From: an uncultured virus (IMG/VR IMGVR_UViG_3300026136_000184)
Taxonomy: Duplodnaviria; Heunggongvirae; Uroviricota; Caudoviricetes
DNA: 64,000 nucleotides
Virus record (IMG/VR): IMGVR_UViG_3300026136_000184
Span: 1-64,000 of that record
Direction: 5' to 3' (one strand)
Position numbers and translations under genes: made by a program. The notes below the pieces were generated by a model. That model worked only from the letters and a program-made list of their open reading frames with translations, was not told the origin of the DNA and ran no database searches. Numbering within the stretch: position 1 is the first letter of the stretch; every line of letters starts with the position of its first letter. Positions 9,360 to 18,745 of this stretch are shown here, one piece after another.

Positions 9360-9503
9360 TTAGTTAAAAAGCAAGGCCATCAAAATTAAAAAGAATGATA
9401 AGCCTATTATAATAACTGAAAATTTAAATACTGCTTCAAGTATCTCTGGAAAGAACTTGATAACAAGATATGCTATAGTAAAAAAGCCTATAATTTCTAA
9501 CAT
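9360..9503 (-). CDS. Small two-helix membrane protein (47 aa)
   Basis: Not in the track: MLEIIGFFTIAYLVIKFFPEILEAVFKFSVIIIGLSFFLILMALLFN. Confidence 0.55.
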   Translation of the reverse strand: MLEIIGFFTIAYLVIKFFPEILEAVFKFSVIIIGLSFFLILMALLFN

Positions 9504-9757
9504 TATAAACCTAAAATACCTATCGCACTAGACAATCCTGCATTATGCAGTTCAATATAATCGTCTAAATCTTTTAAAATTCTTTGTGTATCATCAATAC
9601 CTTGATCTGTCAATCGTTCTATAAGGCGCTCTCTGGAGATCTGAGGGTGTGTTCTTAAGATATCTTCAAATACATCTGCTTTGTTTGAACTCTGACAGAT
9701 AGATACAAGTCTATCTCTGGGTATAGTAGCAAATGACATTGTTTGTCCTATTGCCAT
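9503..9757 (-). CDS. Hypothetical protein
   Basis: 84 aa, GAGG RBS. Confidence 0.6.
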   Translation of the reverse strand: MAIGQTMSFATIPRDRLVSICQSSNKADVFEDILRTHPQISRERLIERLTDQGIDDTQRILKDLDDYIELHNAGLSSAIGILGL

Positions 9758-9758
9758 A

Positions 9759-9842
9759 TTAAAACCTCGGCCTGTTATTATTGTTAATCCAATACATTAT
9801 TGCTAATATTAGAATTGCAAGTAATGTTGTAGTCAAATCCAT
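9759..9842 (-). CDS. Putative 27 aa membrane microprotein
   Basis: MDLTTTLLAILILAIMYWINNNNRPRF; fills the gap exactly, with TAATG coupling to queD. Confidence 0.4.
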   Translation of the reverse strand: MDLTTTLLAILILAIMYWINNNNRPRF

Positions 9843-10375
9843 TATTGTCTCTCATAAATTGCTGAGTTAGCATCATGCTCAAATACTTCAACACTTTTAA
9901 CTCTTACTGTATTGTTAAGGGCTTTACCTTGATATTTTTGTCTTTCGATAATAATAGTCATTTGTCTGAATACTTCTTCTGCAAACTTTTCTGACCCTAC
10001 GTTGTCGAATACTTTAACTTTTGCTAGACCTTTCTTTTCTAATTGTCTAAACTGTCCAATCTCAGGATCATCTTTTGCTACAACAATCGTGTGATCAAAG
10101 TGATCTTCTAGCCAATTCTTTAATTCTTTGAGTCCACCAAAGTCCATAACCCAGTTACGTTCATCAAGTGAATCACATTCAAACACAAGTTTGAATCCTA
10201 GTGAATAACCATGCAACAAAGAACAATGTGAATGTGTCGCACGCCATTGTCTAAAACAACAAGAGAATCCTCTGTCGTTTCCATATGTCTTAGTTGACAG
10301 ATATTTCCCTTTGCCGAAATCAAGTTCAGGCATTTTTACTTTTTTTGATTTTTTTAAAAACTTTGGTAACTTCAT
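9842..10375 (-). CDS. queD: 6-carboxy-tetrahydropterin synthase
   Basis: HCSLLHGY, WVMDFGGLK, DHFDH, VEVFEH (T-fold PTPS). Confidence 0.9.
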   Translation of the reverse strand: MKLPKFLKKSKKVKMPELDFGKGKYLSTKTYGNDRGFSCCFRQWRATHSHCSLLHGYSLGFKLVFECDSLDERNWVMDFGGLKELKNWLEDHFDHTIVVAKDDPEIGQFRQLEKKGLAKVKVFDNVGSEKFAEEVFRQMTIIIERQKYQGKALNNTVRVKSVEVFEHDANSAIYERQ

Positions 10376-10827
10376 TTTTCTCCCTCTGCTACTCGTTTGC
10401 GTAATGACGAGGAACTAAAACTATGATCTCTGCCATTATATATTACTTTAATATCTCTAGCATTACAAATGTCTTTGCCAGAAAACTCTTGTTCTTGGTA
10501 TTCAACTCCGATGATTCTTACATCAAGTGGTAAGACTAAAAGCAAATCTTTTAAGTCTTGTTCAGTCTGATAGATAACAATCTCATCTACATACCTAGTT
10601 GCCGCTAATTGAATCTGACGTTCTACGATAGATTGTATAGGCGGATTCTTTTGTTCAGGACGATCTATGGTTGGATCAGTCTGTAATCCTGCAATCAAAT
10701 AGTCGCAATGATTTTTTGCTTCTGACAACATTGCAATGTGACCAGCATGTAGTAAATCAAATGTACTAAACGTAATGCCGATAGTCTTGCCTTCATCTTT
10801 AAGTTGTCTGATTTTATTAAATATCAC
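10372..10827 (-). CDS. TagD-like cytidylyltransferase
   Basis: FSTFDLLHAGH, YLIAGLQTD, RDHSFSSS. Confidence 0.85.
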   Translation of the reverse strand: MIFNKIRQLKDEGKTIGITFSTFDLLHAGHIAMLSEAKNHCDYLIAGLQTDPTIDRPEQKNPPIQSIVERQIQLAATRYVDEIVIYQTEQDLKDLLLVLPLDVRIIGVEYQEQEFSGKDICNARDIKVIYNGRDHSFSSSSLRKRVAEGEK

Positions 10828-11060
10828 TTTTTTAAAATCTCCATCATTAGTTCTTGTTCTTTATCCTTAAGCCAGTCTTCTTCCCCAACAAAGTCAGGTG
10901 CATCTGCAATAACTTTGTCTAAAAAGAACTTAAGTAGATATAAGTCTTGTTTAATACCCCATGAAACATATCCATCATTATAAGGTGAAGTCATTTCGAT
11001 ATTCATCTTACGGATCTTGGACATGATATCATCTATATCAGGAAGTCGTGGACCTGCCAT
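10824..11060 (-). CDS. Hypothetical protein (paralogue of 24728..24949)
   Basis: Shares the pattern EMxxxxNxGY...K..L..(I/L)K...D..IA.AP.(F/Y).G with that ORF. Confidence 0.65.
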   Translation of the reverse strand: MAGPRLPDIDDIMSKIRKMNIEMTSPYNDGYVSWGIKQDLYLLKFFLDKVIADAPDFVGEEDWLKDKEQELMMEILKK

Positions 11061-11061
11061 A

Positions 11062-11733
11062 TTACTGCCTTGCTAGTGCTAAAAACTCTGCTCTGACTTC
11101 CGGGTCTGATTTGAAACCGCCACCTAGTCTGCTTGTAATTGTTGAACTGCCTGTATCTTCAACGCCTCTTGATTTAACACAATAATGTTGTGCATCAATC
11201 ATTACTGCTACGTCTTCTGTTTCCAAAATGAAAGATAGTGCATGATAAACTTGCTCAGTTAAACGTTCTTGTATCTGAGGTCTTTTTGCAAAGTATTCAA
11301 CGATACGATTAATCTTTGATAGACCTAATACTTTTTCATTAGGTACATATGCAACAGTTGCTAAACCATCGATAACAACAAAGTGATGTTCACAGTTAGA
11401 TTGTACAGAAATGTTCTTTTCTACAACCATTTCATTATAATTCATTTTGTTTTCAACAACAGTTGCTTTAGGGAATGCATCATAATCAAGTCCCCAAAAG
11501 ATTTCGTTTACATACATTTTTGCAACACGTTTAGGAGTATCTATAAGACTATCATCTGATAGATCAAGTCCTAAAGTATTCATAATGTGATTGAAGTGTT
11601 CTTCTATCTTGTCGATTTTTTCTGTACGAGAAAGACCATTATCAGTTACTGGAGTTTCAACTCCCATTTTGACTAAGTGATCGTGTACTTGTTGCCCTAG
11701 AACAGGGTCTGTTTTTGTTTTGTTATAAGACAT
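11062..11733 (-). CDS. folE: GTP cyclohydrolase I
   Basis: [43 protein letters not shown]. Confidence 0.97.
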   Translation of the reverse strand: MSYNKTKTDPVLGQQVHDHLVKMGVETPVTDNGLSRTEKIDKIEEHFNHIMNTLGLDLSDDSLIDTPKRVAKMYVNEIFWGLDYDAFPKATVVENKMNYNEMVVEKNISVQSNCEHHFVVIDGLATVAYVPNEKVLGLSKINRIVEYFAKRPQIQERLTEQVYHALSFILETEDVAVMIDAQHYCVKSRGVEDTGSSTITSRLGGGFKSDPEVRAEFLALARQ

Positions 11734-11802
11734 TTGCCTTTTCTCCTTCCTAACGCGGATATAGTTATTTTAAATTGTGTCGTAACCTTTGTGTTACAAA
11801 TG

Positions 11803-11810
11803 TATTTATA
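11803..11810 (-). promoter_or_regulatory. Late promoter TATAAATA upstream of folE
   Basis: Exact T4 late consensus. Confidence 0.7.
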
Positions 11811-12765
11811 CATTATATGATGATAAGTTATATTTTTCAAGTAGAAAGGGTAACACGACTTTTGCTACAAAGTCTTTGTGTTGCTCAGTACTTGGATGAG
11901 GATCTCTAGGTAGACCAGTGTCTGGATTCATATCTCTGTGTTTAAATTCACTTACATTTGTTACCCAGTCCTGTAAATGTTTTATTGGCAACCAATAATT
12001 TTTATCTATCTCGTTGTAAAGATAATTAATTTCTGGATTATTTAAATATGCAAAATGTTTTTCTTGTGTATACTTGTCTGGGTCTATTATACATTCTGTT
12101 TGTTTAGAGTAATGTTCACTTTCAGGGTGAGGACCCATATACGTAAAAACATCATGGTCATATTCTGTCATAAAATATCTGATACCTTTGTCTTTAAGGA
12201 ACCATTGAGTTCTTAAAATGTGTTCGCATGTTTCTATAATTGCTTTCTCAGGGTTAACAAAACTTTCAAAATATTTTACAGTCGTTTCATCTGAGAAATG
12301 CGGGTTTAATATGTAATGACTGGGTACACGTGGTTGTCTTATTGAAAGGGGATTTGAAGCCCAGTCTCTTTCAGTTCTGTCTGTGATATCTGCGAATATC
12401 GGCTCATCGTCTGTATGACCATTAATTTCATGTAAGAATTCATTATAATTCTGTGATCTACCTATTACAGTAGTTCTCATAAAATTGCGTTGATATTTTT
12501 CAGAATAGTGTGATTGTCTGTCACAACCAGACCACATAATTCCTACTAACATCTGATCAGGTAACACACCCTGTTCTAATGCCGATAGTACAGTAGATAT
12601 TACTTTGCGTGATATAATTGAATTACCAGAGGCACCATGACCTCGATGTGCTACATATCTTAAAGATTTTATTTGGTGTTGTAACTCTAACGGCCATGTG
12701 ATATCTTTATTTGCGGGCTGTGAATAAGAACACCCTGCTGTAATTAAATGCGTTGGAGATTTCAA
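11806..12765 (-). CDS. SGNH/GDSL-like hydrolase or acyltransferase
   Basis: TAGCSYS...W, GASGN, C-terminal DPHP...H. Confidence 0.6.
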   Translation of the reverse strand: MKSPTHLITAGCSYSQPANKDITWPLELQHQIKSLRYVAHRGHGASGNSIISRKVISTVLSALEQGVLPDQMLVGIMWSGCDRQSHYSEKYQRNFMRTTVIGRSQNYNEFLHEINGHTDDEPIFADITDRTERDWASNPLSIRQPRVPSHYILNPHFSDETTVKYFESFVNPEKAIIETCEHILRTQWFLKDKGIRYFMTEYDHDVFTYMGPHPESEHYSKQTECIIDPDKYTQEKHFAYLNNPEINYLYNEIDKNYWLPIKHLQDWVTNVSEFKHRDMNPDTGLPRDPHPSTEQHKDFVAKVVLPFLLEKYNLSSYNV

Positions 12766-13862
12766 TTGTTTTCAAATACTTTGTTATATTGATTATTTAC
12801 TCTAACAAAGGTAGTACACTTACTCAAGTCTTTAAGTTTACGTGCTCCTGCGTAAGTACAGGCGCTTCTAATGCCCCCTAAGATGTCTTGCACTGTGTTA
12901 GCAACTTCGCCCTTATAAGGAATCGATACTGTTCGACCCTCTGAACTACGATAATCTTTTAGTCCACCAAAGTGTTTCTTGTTTGCTGTATCACTGCTCA
13001 TGCCATAAAATTGAACAAATTGTTTTTGGACCTTTTTACCAATGCCTGCACTTGTTGCTGGTGCTTGTTCATTAGTGATGTAAGTTTTCTCTATGATTTC
13101 TCCGCCACCTTCGTCATGTCCTGCTAACATACCACCTAGCATAACAAAGTCAGCACCTCCACCAAATGCTTTTGCTACATCGCCAGAACTACTACAACCC
13201 CCATCAGCAATGATGTGTCCACCAAGACCATGAGCGGCGTCAGCACACTCCATGATTGCGGATAACTGCGGGTACCCAACTCCTGTCTTAATGCGAGTAG
13301 TGCAAACACTACCAGGCCCAATCCCCACTTTAACGATATCGGCTCCACTTAATATTAACTCCTCTGTCATTTCGCCTGTTACTACATTACCTGCAATGAT
13401 AACTAGTGATGGATGCTTTTCTCTAATCTGTTTGACTACTCCTGCGAAACGTTCTGAATAACCATTAGCAACATCTATACAGAGATATTTGATACCTCTA
13501 ATTTTCATTACTCTGTCTAGTTTTTCGATATCATCGTCAGTAATGCCGATACTCATGGCAACATGTTCTCGTCTTGTGCCATTTGTTTCTAAAAAGAATT
13601 GTGTTAGTTGTTCTACACTGTAAGTTTTAACTAGACATGTAAACAACCCTAGATCAGCAAGTTTGTCTGCCATTTCAAAAGTACCAACACCATCCATATT
13701 AGATGCCATAATCGGTACTCCTTTATAACCCGAGTTTGAATCGGTATTCCTAAAGTTATACTCTCGTTCTAATTGTACTTGTTTACGTGATCCTAGTGTT
13801 GATCTTTTTGGTTTAATTAATACATCTGAAAAGTCTAACTTAATCTCAGATTCAATTCGCAT
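12762..13862 (-). CDS. guaC: GMP reductase
   Basis: [38 protein letters not shown]; no CBS domains. Confidence 0.93.
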   Translation of the reverse strand: MRIESEIKLDFSDVLIKPKRSTLGSRKQVQLEREYNFRNTDSNSGYKGVPIMASNMDGVGTFEMADKLADLGLFTCLVKTYSVEQLTQFFLETNGTRREHVAMSIGITDDDIEKLDRVMKIRGIKYLCIDVANGYSERFAGVVKQIREKHPSLVIIAGNVVTGEMTEELILSGADIVKVGIGPGSVCTTRIKTGVGYPQLSAIMECADAAHGLGGHIIADGGCSSSGDVAKAFGGGADFVMLGGMLAGHDEGGGEIIEKTYITNEQAPATSAGIGKKVQKQFVQFYGMSSDTANKKHFGGLKDYRSSEGRTVSIPYKGEVANTVQDILGGIRSACTYAGARKLKDLSKCTTFVRVNNQYNKVFENN

Positions 13863-15049
13863 TAGAATTTACTCACTCTTGTCTGTTGTCGATAATCTAT
13901 ACTATCTCTACGCCACTCTTCTCCATCACCTTGCATGATGTCGATACAACGATCAATAGTGCCATTAGTCCAATCACTAATCTTGCCTTGATTTTGATGT
14001 TGAATGCCCAATAGAGGATGCATCTTATCAATTACATCTTCAATTGACCACGGAATGTAAAGTCTATCTTTGTCGTTAGCAAACGTTTCAGGGAAACTTC
14101 TGTACGCAGGGAATAGAACATTACAACCTAGTGCGTCACCTTCTGAGACTGTATTACTAACCCAGTCTTGTAAAGCACAATTGAAGACGACCCTAGTATC
14201 ATTAAGAATACGATAATAATCATTTTTAGATAAGTTTTCATGGATAACTAGTTTCTTTTGTTTTTGCAATTTCTTTGTACGTTTCATGTACGAGTCATTA
14301 TTGCTTCTTAACTCTCCACCTGATAGTAGACAGAACTCAATGCCATGCTTTTTACCATATCTAGCATACCATTCTTCGATAAGATCCATATAAAAGTCAG
14401 GTTGTTTCTCTTGGTCCCAACGAGCAGTAAACGCCACTCGCATTTTACGTTCTTCAAACGGCTTAAATTCTTCTAGTTCTAGTAAACGTCTACGTACTTC
14501 TTCTTTGCCAAACGCAAGACCTGAGATATTATAGATGGGAGCAGTCCAACCTGCAATCTTCATGTGTGCAACCATTTCTTCGTTAGTTGCCAAGACACCT
14601 GTTACAAATTCATTGACCATCTTTTCATACAGACCCATCCACTTCTCCATGCCCCAGACATGTACGAAATCATCTGGATCAACAGACTGTGCTAAACATC
14701 TTACAAAGACTTTGGGTCTGTGTTCTTCTGAAACTTGATTCATTATATAAGGGAGTGATTCGATACCTGGCTGAAACATATCTTCAAAGAAGATACAGTC
14801 TTCACTTGTTACTTCACCTTCTTTCATCAGTTTAACTAATGACATCATTTGCGACATACCAAAGTATGAACGACCATGTGCATCTAATACTTGACCTGTT
14901 ACAATAGATTGATCAGTTGTTAATAGTTCACCTGGAACCACTACATAGTCAAGTCCACGTTTGTTAAATGCTTCAGTATTCCATTGTTGCAGTTGTAATG
15001 TGTATCTTGCTTCGTAGGGTTCTAAGCCCATGTAATATAGTTTACGCAT
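13862..15049 (-). CDS. GT-B glycosyltransferase (GTDC1/QTMAN-like C-terminal motifs)
   Basis: [39 protein letters not shown]...SFPE. Confidence 0.75.
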   Translation of the reverse strand: MRKLYYMGLEPYEARYTLQLQQWNTEAFNKRGLDYVVVPGELLTTDQSIVTGQVLDAHGRSYFGMSQMMSLVKLMKEGEVTSEDCIFFEDMFQPGIESLPYIMNQVSEEHRPKVFVRCLAQSVDPDDFVHVWGMEKWMGLYEKMVNEFVTGVLATNEEMVAHMKIAGWTAPIYNISGLAFGKEEVRRRLLELEEFKPFEERKMRVAFTARWDQEKQPDFYMDLIEEWYARYGKKHGIEFCLLSGGELRSNNDSYMKRTKKLQKQKKLVIHENLSKNDYYRILNDTRVVFNCALQDWVSNTVSEGDALGCNVLFPAYRSFPETFANDKDRLYIPWSIEDVIDKMHPLLGIQHQNQGKISDWTNGTIDRCIDIMQGDGEEWRRDSIDYRQQTRVSKF

Positions 15050-15058
15050 AATTACCTC

Positions 15059-16102
15059 TTATGTCTTTGGTCTAAATACTCGTTCAATGTCTTCTTCAAT
15101 ACAATTGTCTCCGTATTGAACTTCACATATTGTCAATGGCTCACTTTCGTTGTTTACTAGTCTATGCCATTCCATGACAGGGATCCAAGTTGATTGATGT
15201 TTACCGAACTTACCAACTAAGATATCACCGATATCACGTTTAGGATCATTCGGATATGCTACTGTATAAACTGTAGCAACACCACTAGCAACAAACCAAA
15301 ACTCTGATCGACCTTGATGTCTTTGCATACTCAACGATTGACCTGGATCAACAGTTAGTTCTTTAACTTTGACTTCTCTGCCAAACTCATGCAATACACG
15401 ATAGTAACCCCAATCACGTTCAGTACGAGGAGCCGCCCATTCGCCTAAAAGACTAGAACTAGATTGAGTTTTATCTCCACCTACTCCAAATGAAAACGAT
15501 ACATTTGCATCAGGATAGTTCATTTCTTTAATGTTAGCACTAGTTCTATCTCCACCATTAGCAAATATTATATGCTCATCCGGGAACATATGTCTAGTAA
15601 TATGGATAGCATTCATGCTGGAATCATCTGAATCATCAAATGTGATTACTTGATCTACATTACGCAATGCCAATAACAATCGCACTCGTTCTTCAACAGG
15701 CATAAAACACTTGCCTTTCTTACGAATAAGCCAATCATCACTGTTGACACCAACTACTACTTTAGCACCATGCCATGATCCCTCACGACCTAATTCTTTA
15801 GCGGCATCAATATAGTCTAAGTGACCTGAATGTATAGGATCAAATCCACCTGTGACTAAGACAACTGTGCCATTTTCTCTTGTAGGAGTCTTTGGCATTT
15901 CTATCTTTTGCAAGACGGGTTTTTGTTCGACTGCTTTTTCAACAGTTTTCTTCGTTGCGACTGGTGCTTTCTTTTTGACTGTCTTTGTAGGTGCTTTTTT
16001 AGTTGCCGGCTTTTTAGCAGGCGCCTTTTTTGCTACAGTTTTTTTAGCAGTCATTTTCTTGCTACCTTTTGTAGTGTCGTCTTTTTTGGTATTTTTGGCC
16101 AT
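15059..16102 (-). CDS. Lys/Ala-rich tail + cytidylyltransferase + mannose-6-phosphate-isomerase-type cupin fusion
   Basis: TGGFDPIHSGH, GVNSDDWLIRKKG, FANGGDR; RDWGYYRVL, LSMQRHQGRSEFWFV, CIEEDIER. Confidence 0.85.
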   Translation of the reverse strand: MAKNTKKDDTTKGSKKMTAKKTVAKKAPAKKPATKKAPTKTVKKKAPVATKKTVEKAVEQKPVLQKIEMPKTPTRENGTVVLVTGGFDPIHSGHLDYIDAAKELGREGSWHGAKVVVGVNSDDWLIRKKGKCFMPVEERVRLLLALRNVDQVITFDDSDDSSMNAIHITRHMFPDEHIIFANGGDRTSANIKEMNYPDANVSFSFGVGGDKTQSSSSLLGEWAAPRTERDWGYYRVLHEFGREVKVKELTVDPGQSLSMQRHQGRSEFWFVASGVATVYTVAYPNDPKRDIGDILVGKFGKHQSTWIPVMEWHRLVNNESEPLTICEVQYGDNCIEEDIERVFRPKT

Positions 16103-16280
16103 CTATCTCCCACATGTTCCTGACGGGTTTCCCTGCCAGATATCGTTGACTGTACAGTCGCCAAATGCGACTGCTCTTGTTGTAAAGACATTCGGGCTTA
16201 ACCTTATACCCATATTCTTTACAGAAGGCTGTGTAAGCCTCAAGGTCCTCAAAAACTTTAATAGTTTTAGGGTTTGCCAT
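16062..16280 (-). CDS. Hypothetical phage protein
   Basis: 72 aa with AAGGA RBS (IKVFEDLEAYTAFCKEYGY). Confidence 0.65.
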   Translation of the reverse strand: MANPKTIKVFEDLEAYTAFCKEYGYKVKPECLYNKSSRIWRLYSQRYLAGKPVRNMWEIDGQKYQKRRHYKR

Positions 16281-16322
16281 TGTAATATTCCTTGTATTCT
16301 CATATTACTATTTAAGTTAATA

Positions 16323-16697
16323 TCAGTCATTATACTGATACTCCATTTCGCAACCGTTTTCATTATCTTCGGCTACCGAAATTCTGATGTAACGACCTGG
16401 ATACTGATAATTTATTTCAGTAGCCAATTCGTCTGCAATCATTTCACAAGATTTGTGATCTAGTTGAACGACATCGTTGCTGTACAATCGTTCTAACCAA
16501 CGTTTAAACTGTATGAATTCGATATCTCTATCATCGTGGTAGACTTCGATCCATACTTTAAAATGAAAAATATGTCTATGTGGATAACCCAAGAATGATA
16601 CATCGTCCCAGTCACCTGTTGCTAACTTAGGATCAGTATCCGCACCCGGATACTTGTGTATACCTTCTTTTGTAAATGTTACCCAAATAGTTCTCAT
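16323..16697 (-). CDS. dpdL: QueD paralogue with LxxxHRHxF signature (putative CDG decarboxylase)
   Basis: FLGYPHRHIFHF, RDIEF, SCEMIA, EDNENG; lies in the deazaguanine cluster. Confidence 0.75.
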   Translation of the reverse strand: MRTIWVTFTKEGIHKYPGADTDPKLATGDWDDVSFLGYPHRHIFHFKVWIEVYHDDRDIEFIQFKRWLERLYSNDVVQLDHKSCEMIADELATEINYQYPGRYIRISVAEDNENGCEMEYQYND

Positions 16698-17107
16698 TAT
16701 GCTTCCTTGCTAGGGTCCCAAATAGTCAGATTCTTTTTACGCAATCTATTGACCACTAACTTATATCTGCTTTGTTCTTCTTTCCATTCTTTAAGCCACT
16801 TATGACCGTCACGTTCTGCATCAACAAAGATTGCATTAGTGAATGCTAGTGGAAGCAGAATAGAAATGTGAATGATAATACTGACTACAGTATTGTAGTT
16901 AAAGTAACCTAAGTAATTAGATGCTAAGAATCCAAACCATACACTCCATACAGTAAACAATACTAACATGAAATATGTTTGTAGACTTGGATCAGGGATC
17001 CTGCCGATTGGATTATATTTTACATCCATTACACGTCTCCAAGCATGAACCAAAAACATAACTGTCCTTCTAAATAAACTCGGCTTTTTAATTGCTGGTT
17101 CTACCAT
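16697..17107 (-). CDS. Membrane protein
   Basis: Two hydrophobic helices; GGAG RBS. Confidence 0.7.
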   Translation of the reverse strand: MVEPAIKKPSLFRRTVMFLVHAWRRVMDVKYNPIGRIPDPSLQTYFMLVLFTVWSVWFGFLASNYLGYFNYNTVVSIIIHISILLPLAFTNAIFVDAERDGHKWLKEWKEEQSRYKLVVNRLRKKNLTIWDPSKEA

Positions 17108-17116
17108 TTCATTCTC

Positions 17117-17212
17117 CTACTCAATATGATGTCTGATGTATTGTCTTATTACATGCATACCATATGATGCCCATGTAACAACTACTAAACTCCAGAACAA
17201 TATTTCTATCAT
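17117..17212 (-). CDS. Putative 31 aa membrane microprotein
   Basis: MIEILFWSLVVVTWASYGMHVIRQYIRHHIE, just after TTGACA-N17-TATTAT (17218-17246). Confidence 0.45.
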   Translation of the reverse strand: MIEILFWSLVVVTWASYGMHVIRQYIRHHIE

Positions 17213-17254
17213 TACTCATAATACTTGGTTTTGTTGTTATTGTCAAGCATCAAT

Positions 17255-18745
17255 TTACCCATTTACAGAAAAGAGTTGATCAAACATTGTTCCTGCATTG
17301 ATGGCCCTTTTACCTGAAAATCCTTGCGATCCTGATTGAATCTGCATCCATAGTCTACTATGTTGATCAATCAAATCTAATGATTTTTGTCTGTCTTTGA
17401 GTGCAAAGATTTCGTCAACGACATCTCCGAATCTTACACTATCAAATGTTTCATTCATTAACATTGCGGGGACACACCCTGAGTCATACTTTCTGTTTGC
17501 TTCTTGCACTGCAAACATATGCTGATAGACATTGTGTGCCTGTAGCAATGTATAACTGAGTGTGTCCCAACTCGTCTTGGTTTCTTTACCGTGCTTGTTT
17601 AAGAAACCATGACCACGATAACAAAGGTCCTTCATAACCATTGCGTTAGTGACAGGAGAGTCGGCAAACGTTTCATGTATGCCCTCTGCTATTACGGCGT
17701 CACTAAATTTACGCATATCCTGATCAAAGTCTTTGCTTTCCGCAGTCTTTTCCATAGAGTATGTCCACTTAGTATTGTGTTCCATATTAGAGTTAAAGTA
17801 TGCTAACCCTTTAGCCGCACCAAAGAAAGGACTTGCACAATCAAACGTAATCTGTAAGTTTGGATTGTGATACTTTCTTACTGCTTTCTGAATATCAGAG
17901 AACAGGACAGCATATTCTAAGATAGATGTACCTAAGCAATGAATAAGGTCATGCTTTCCGGGTTCTAACAGTCCATCATGTATAATACCAACGATTCTTT
18001 TTAAGGTAAGATGTATGTCGATTTTGTTTTGACCACCGAATGCCCAACCATTGAAATGAGTGTCTGGGTACTTATTCGGATCGCAATACATCTTCATCTC
18101 CTCATACCAGTTATCTGACTGAGTATGATTCAACCCCTGCAAGACATTTAAGAACTTGCAGTTACCATTACGATTGTGTATAAAGTAATCGTTGTTGATA
18201 TGCGTTGCCAGTGCGGCTTCCTCTATGGTTTTTATACCGTGCTTATCATACAGATGTTGATTTTGCACAGTTTGTGAGGGTATGTCTAAACACATGCCGT
18301 AGTCCATATACGTGTCCATCCACGTCAGAACTTTTATACGTTGTTCAAGTGCTTTAGGACAATTCGGATCTTTCCAGTCAGCAGGCCATTGACCTTTCAT
18401 AATCTGAAAACCACCCGAGTCGCCTAGCATAAACGTACCCTCTTCTCTATCACGTATGATAGATTCAGCAGGAATGTCCTTAGTTACATCTAAGTCTGCA
18501 TGGCCAGCAGAATACAATCCCCACTTATAAGTGAACAAACCTTCTTTAGAGTTTAAGAAATTCAGACGTTCTACGTCTCCGTTGAACCCTGCTGGTATAC
18601 GTTCTTGTGGGAAATAGTCTTCACCTGAACGTTGCTTACCTAAGCCTGTAATAAAGAAACTACTGACTGCGGGTAAGAACAGTGCCCAATCCGGCTTATG
18701 CTCTTTTGAAAGATCGATTTGTTCTGCCATAATCTTGTTATTCAT
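17255..18745 (-). CDS. dpdA: TGT-fold guanine transglycosylase (DpdA-like)
   Basis: GDSGGFQI, LDIP, LNVLQG, GWAFGG, IHCLGTS, ITFD; no TGT Zn-binding CxCxxC. Confidence 0.75.
   Translation of the reverse strand: MNNKIMAEQIDLSKEHKPDWALFLPAVSSFFITGLGKQRSGEDYFPQERIPAGFNGDVERLNFLNSKEGLFTYKWGLYSAGHADLDVTKDIPAESIIRDREEGTFMLGDSGGFQIMKGQWPADWKDPNCPKALEQRIKVLTWMDTYMDYGMCLDIPSQTVQNQHLYDKHGIKTIEEAALATHINNDYFIHNRNGNCKFLNVLQGLNHTQSDNWYEEMKMYCDPNKYPDTHFNGWAFGGQNKIDIHLTLKRIVGIIHDGLLEPGKHDLIHCLGTSILEYAVLFSDIQKAVRKYHNPNLQITFDCASPFFGAAKGLAYFNSNMEHNTKWTYSMEKTAESKDFDQDMRKFSDAVIAEGIHETFADSPVTNAMVMKDLCYRGHGFLNKHGKETKTSWDTLSYTLLQAHNVYQHMFAVQEANRKYDSGCVPAMLMNETFDSVRFGDVVDEIFALKDRQKSLDLIDQHSRLWMQIQSGSQGFSGKRAINAGTMFDQLFSVNG

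Noticed and set aside
11761..11795. preQ1-I riboswitch upstream of folE (AAAGGTTACGACACAATTTAAAATAACTA)
   Set aside because: The A-rich tail looks similar, but the P1 stem cannot form properly (AAAGG vs AATTT), and no preQ1 synthesis genes are in the window.
15852..16463. 203 aa plus-strand ORF
   Set aside because: Antisense shadow of the Lys/Ala-rich minus-strand gene.
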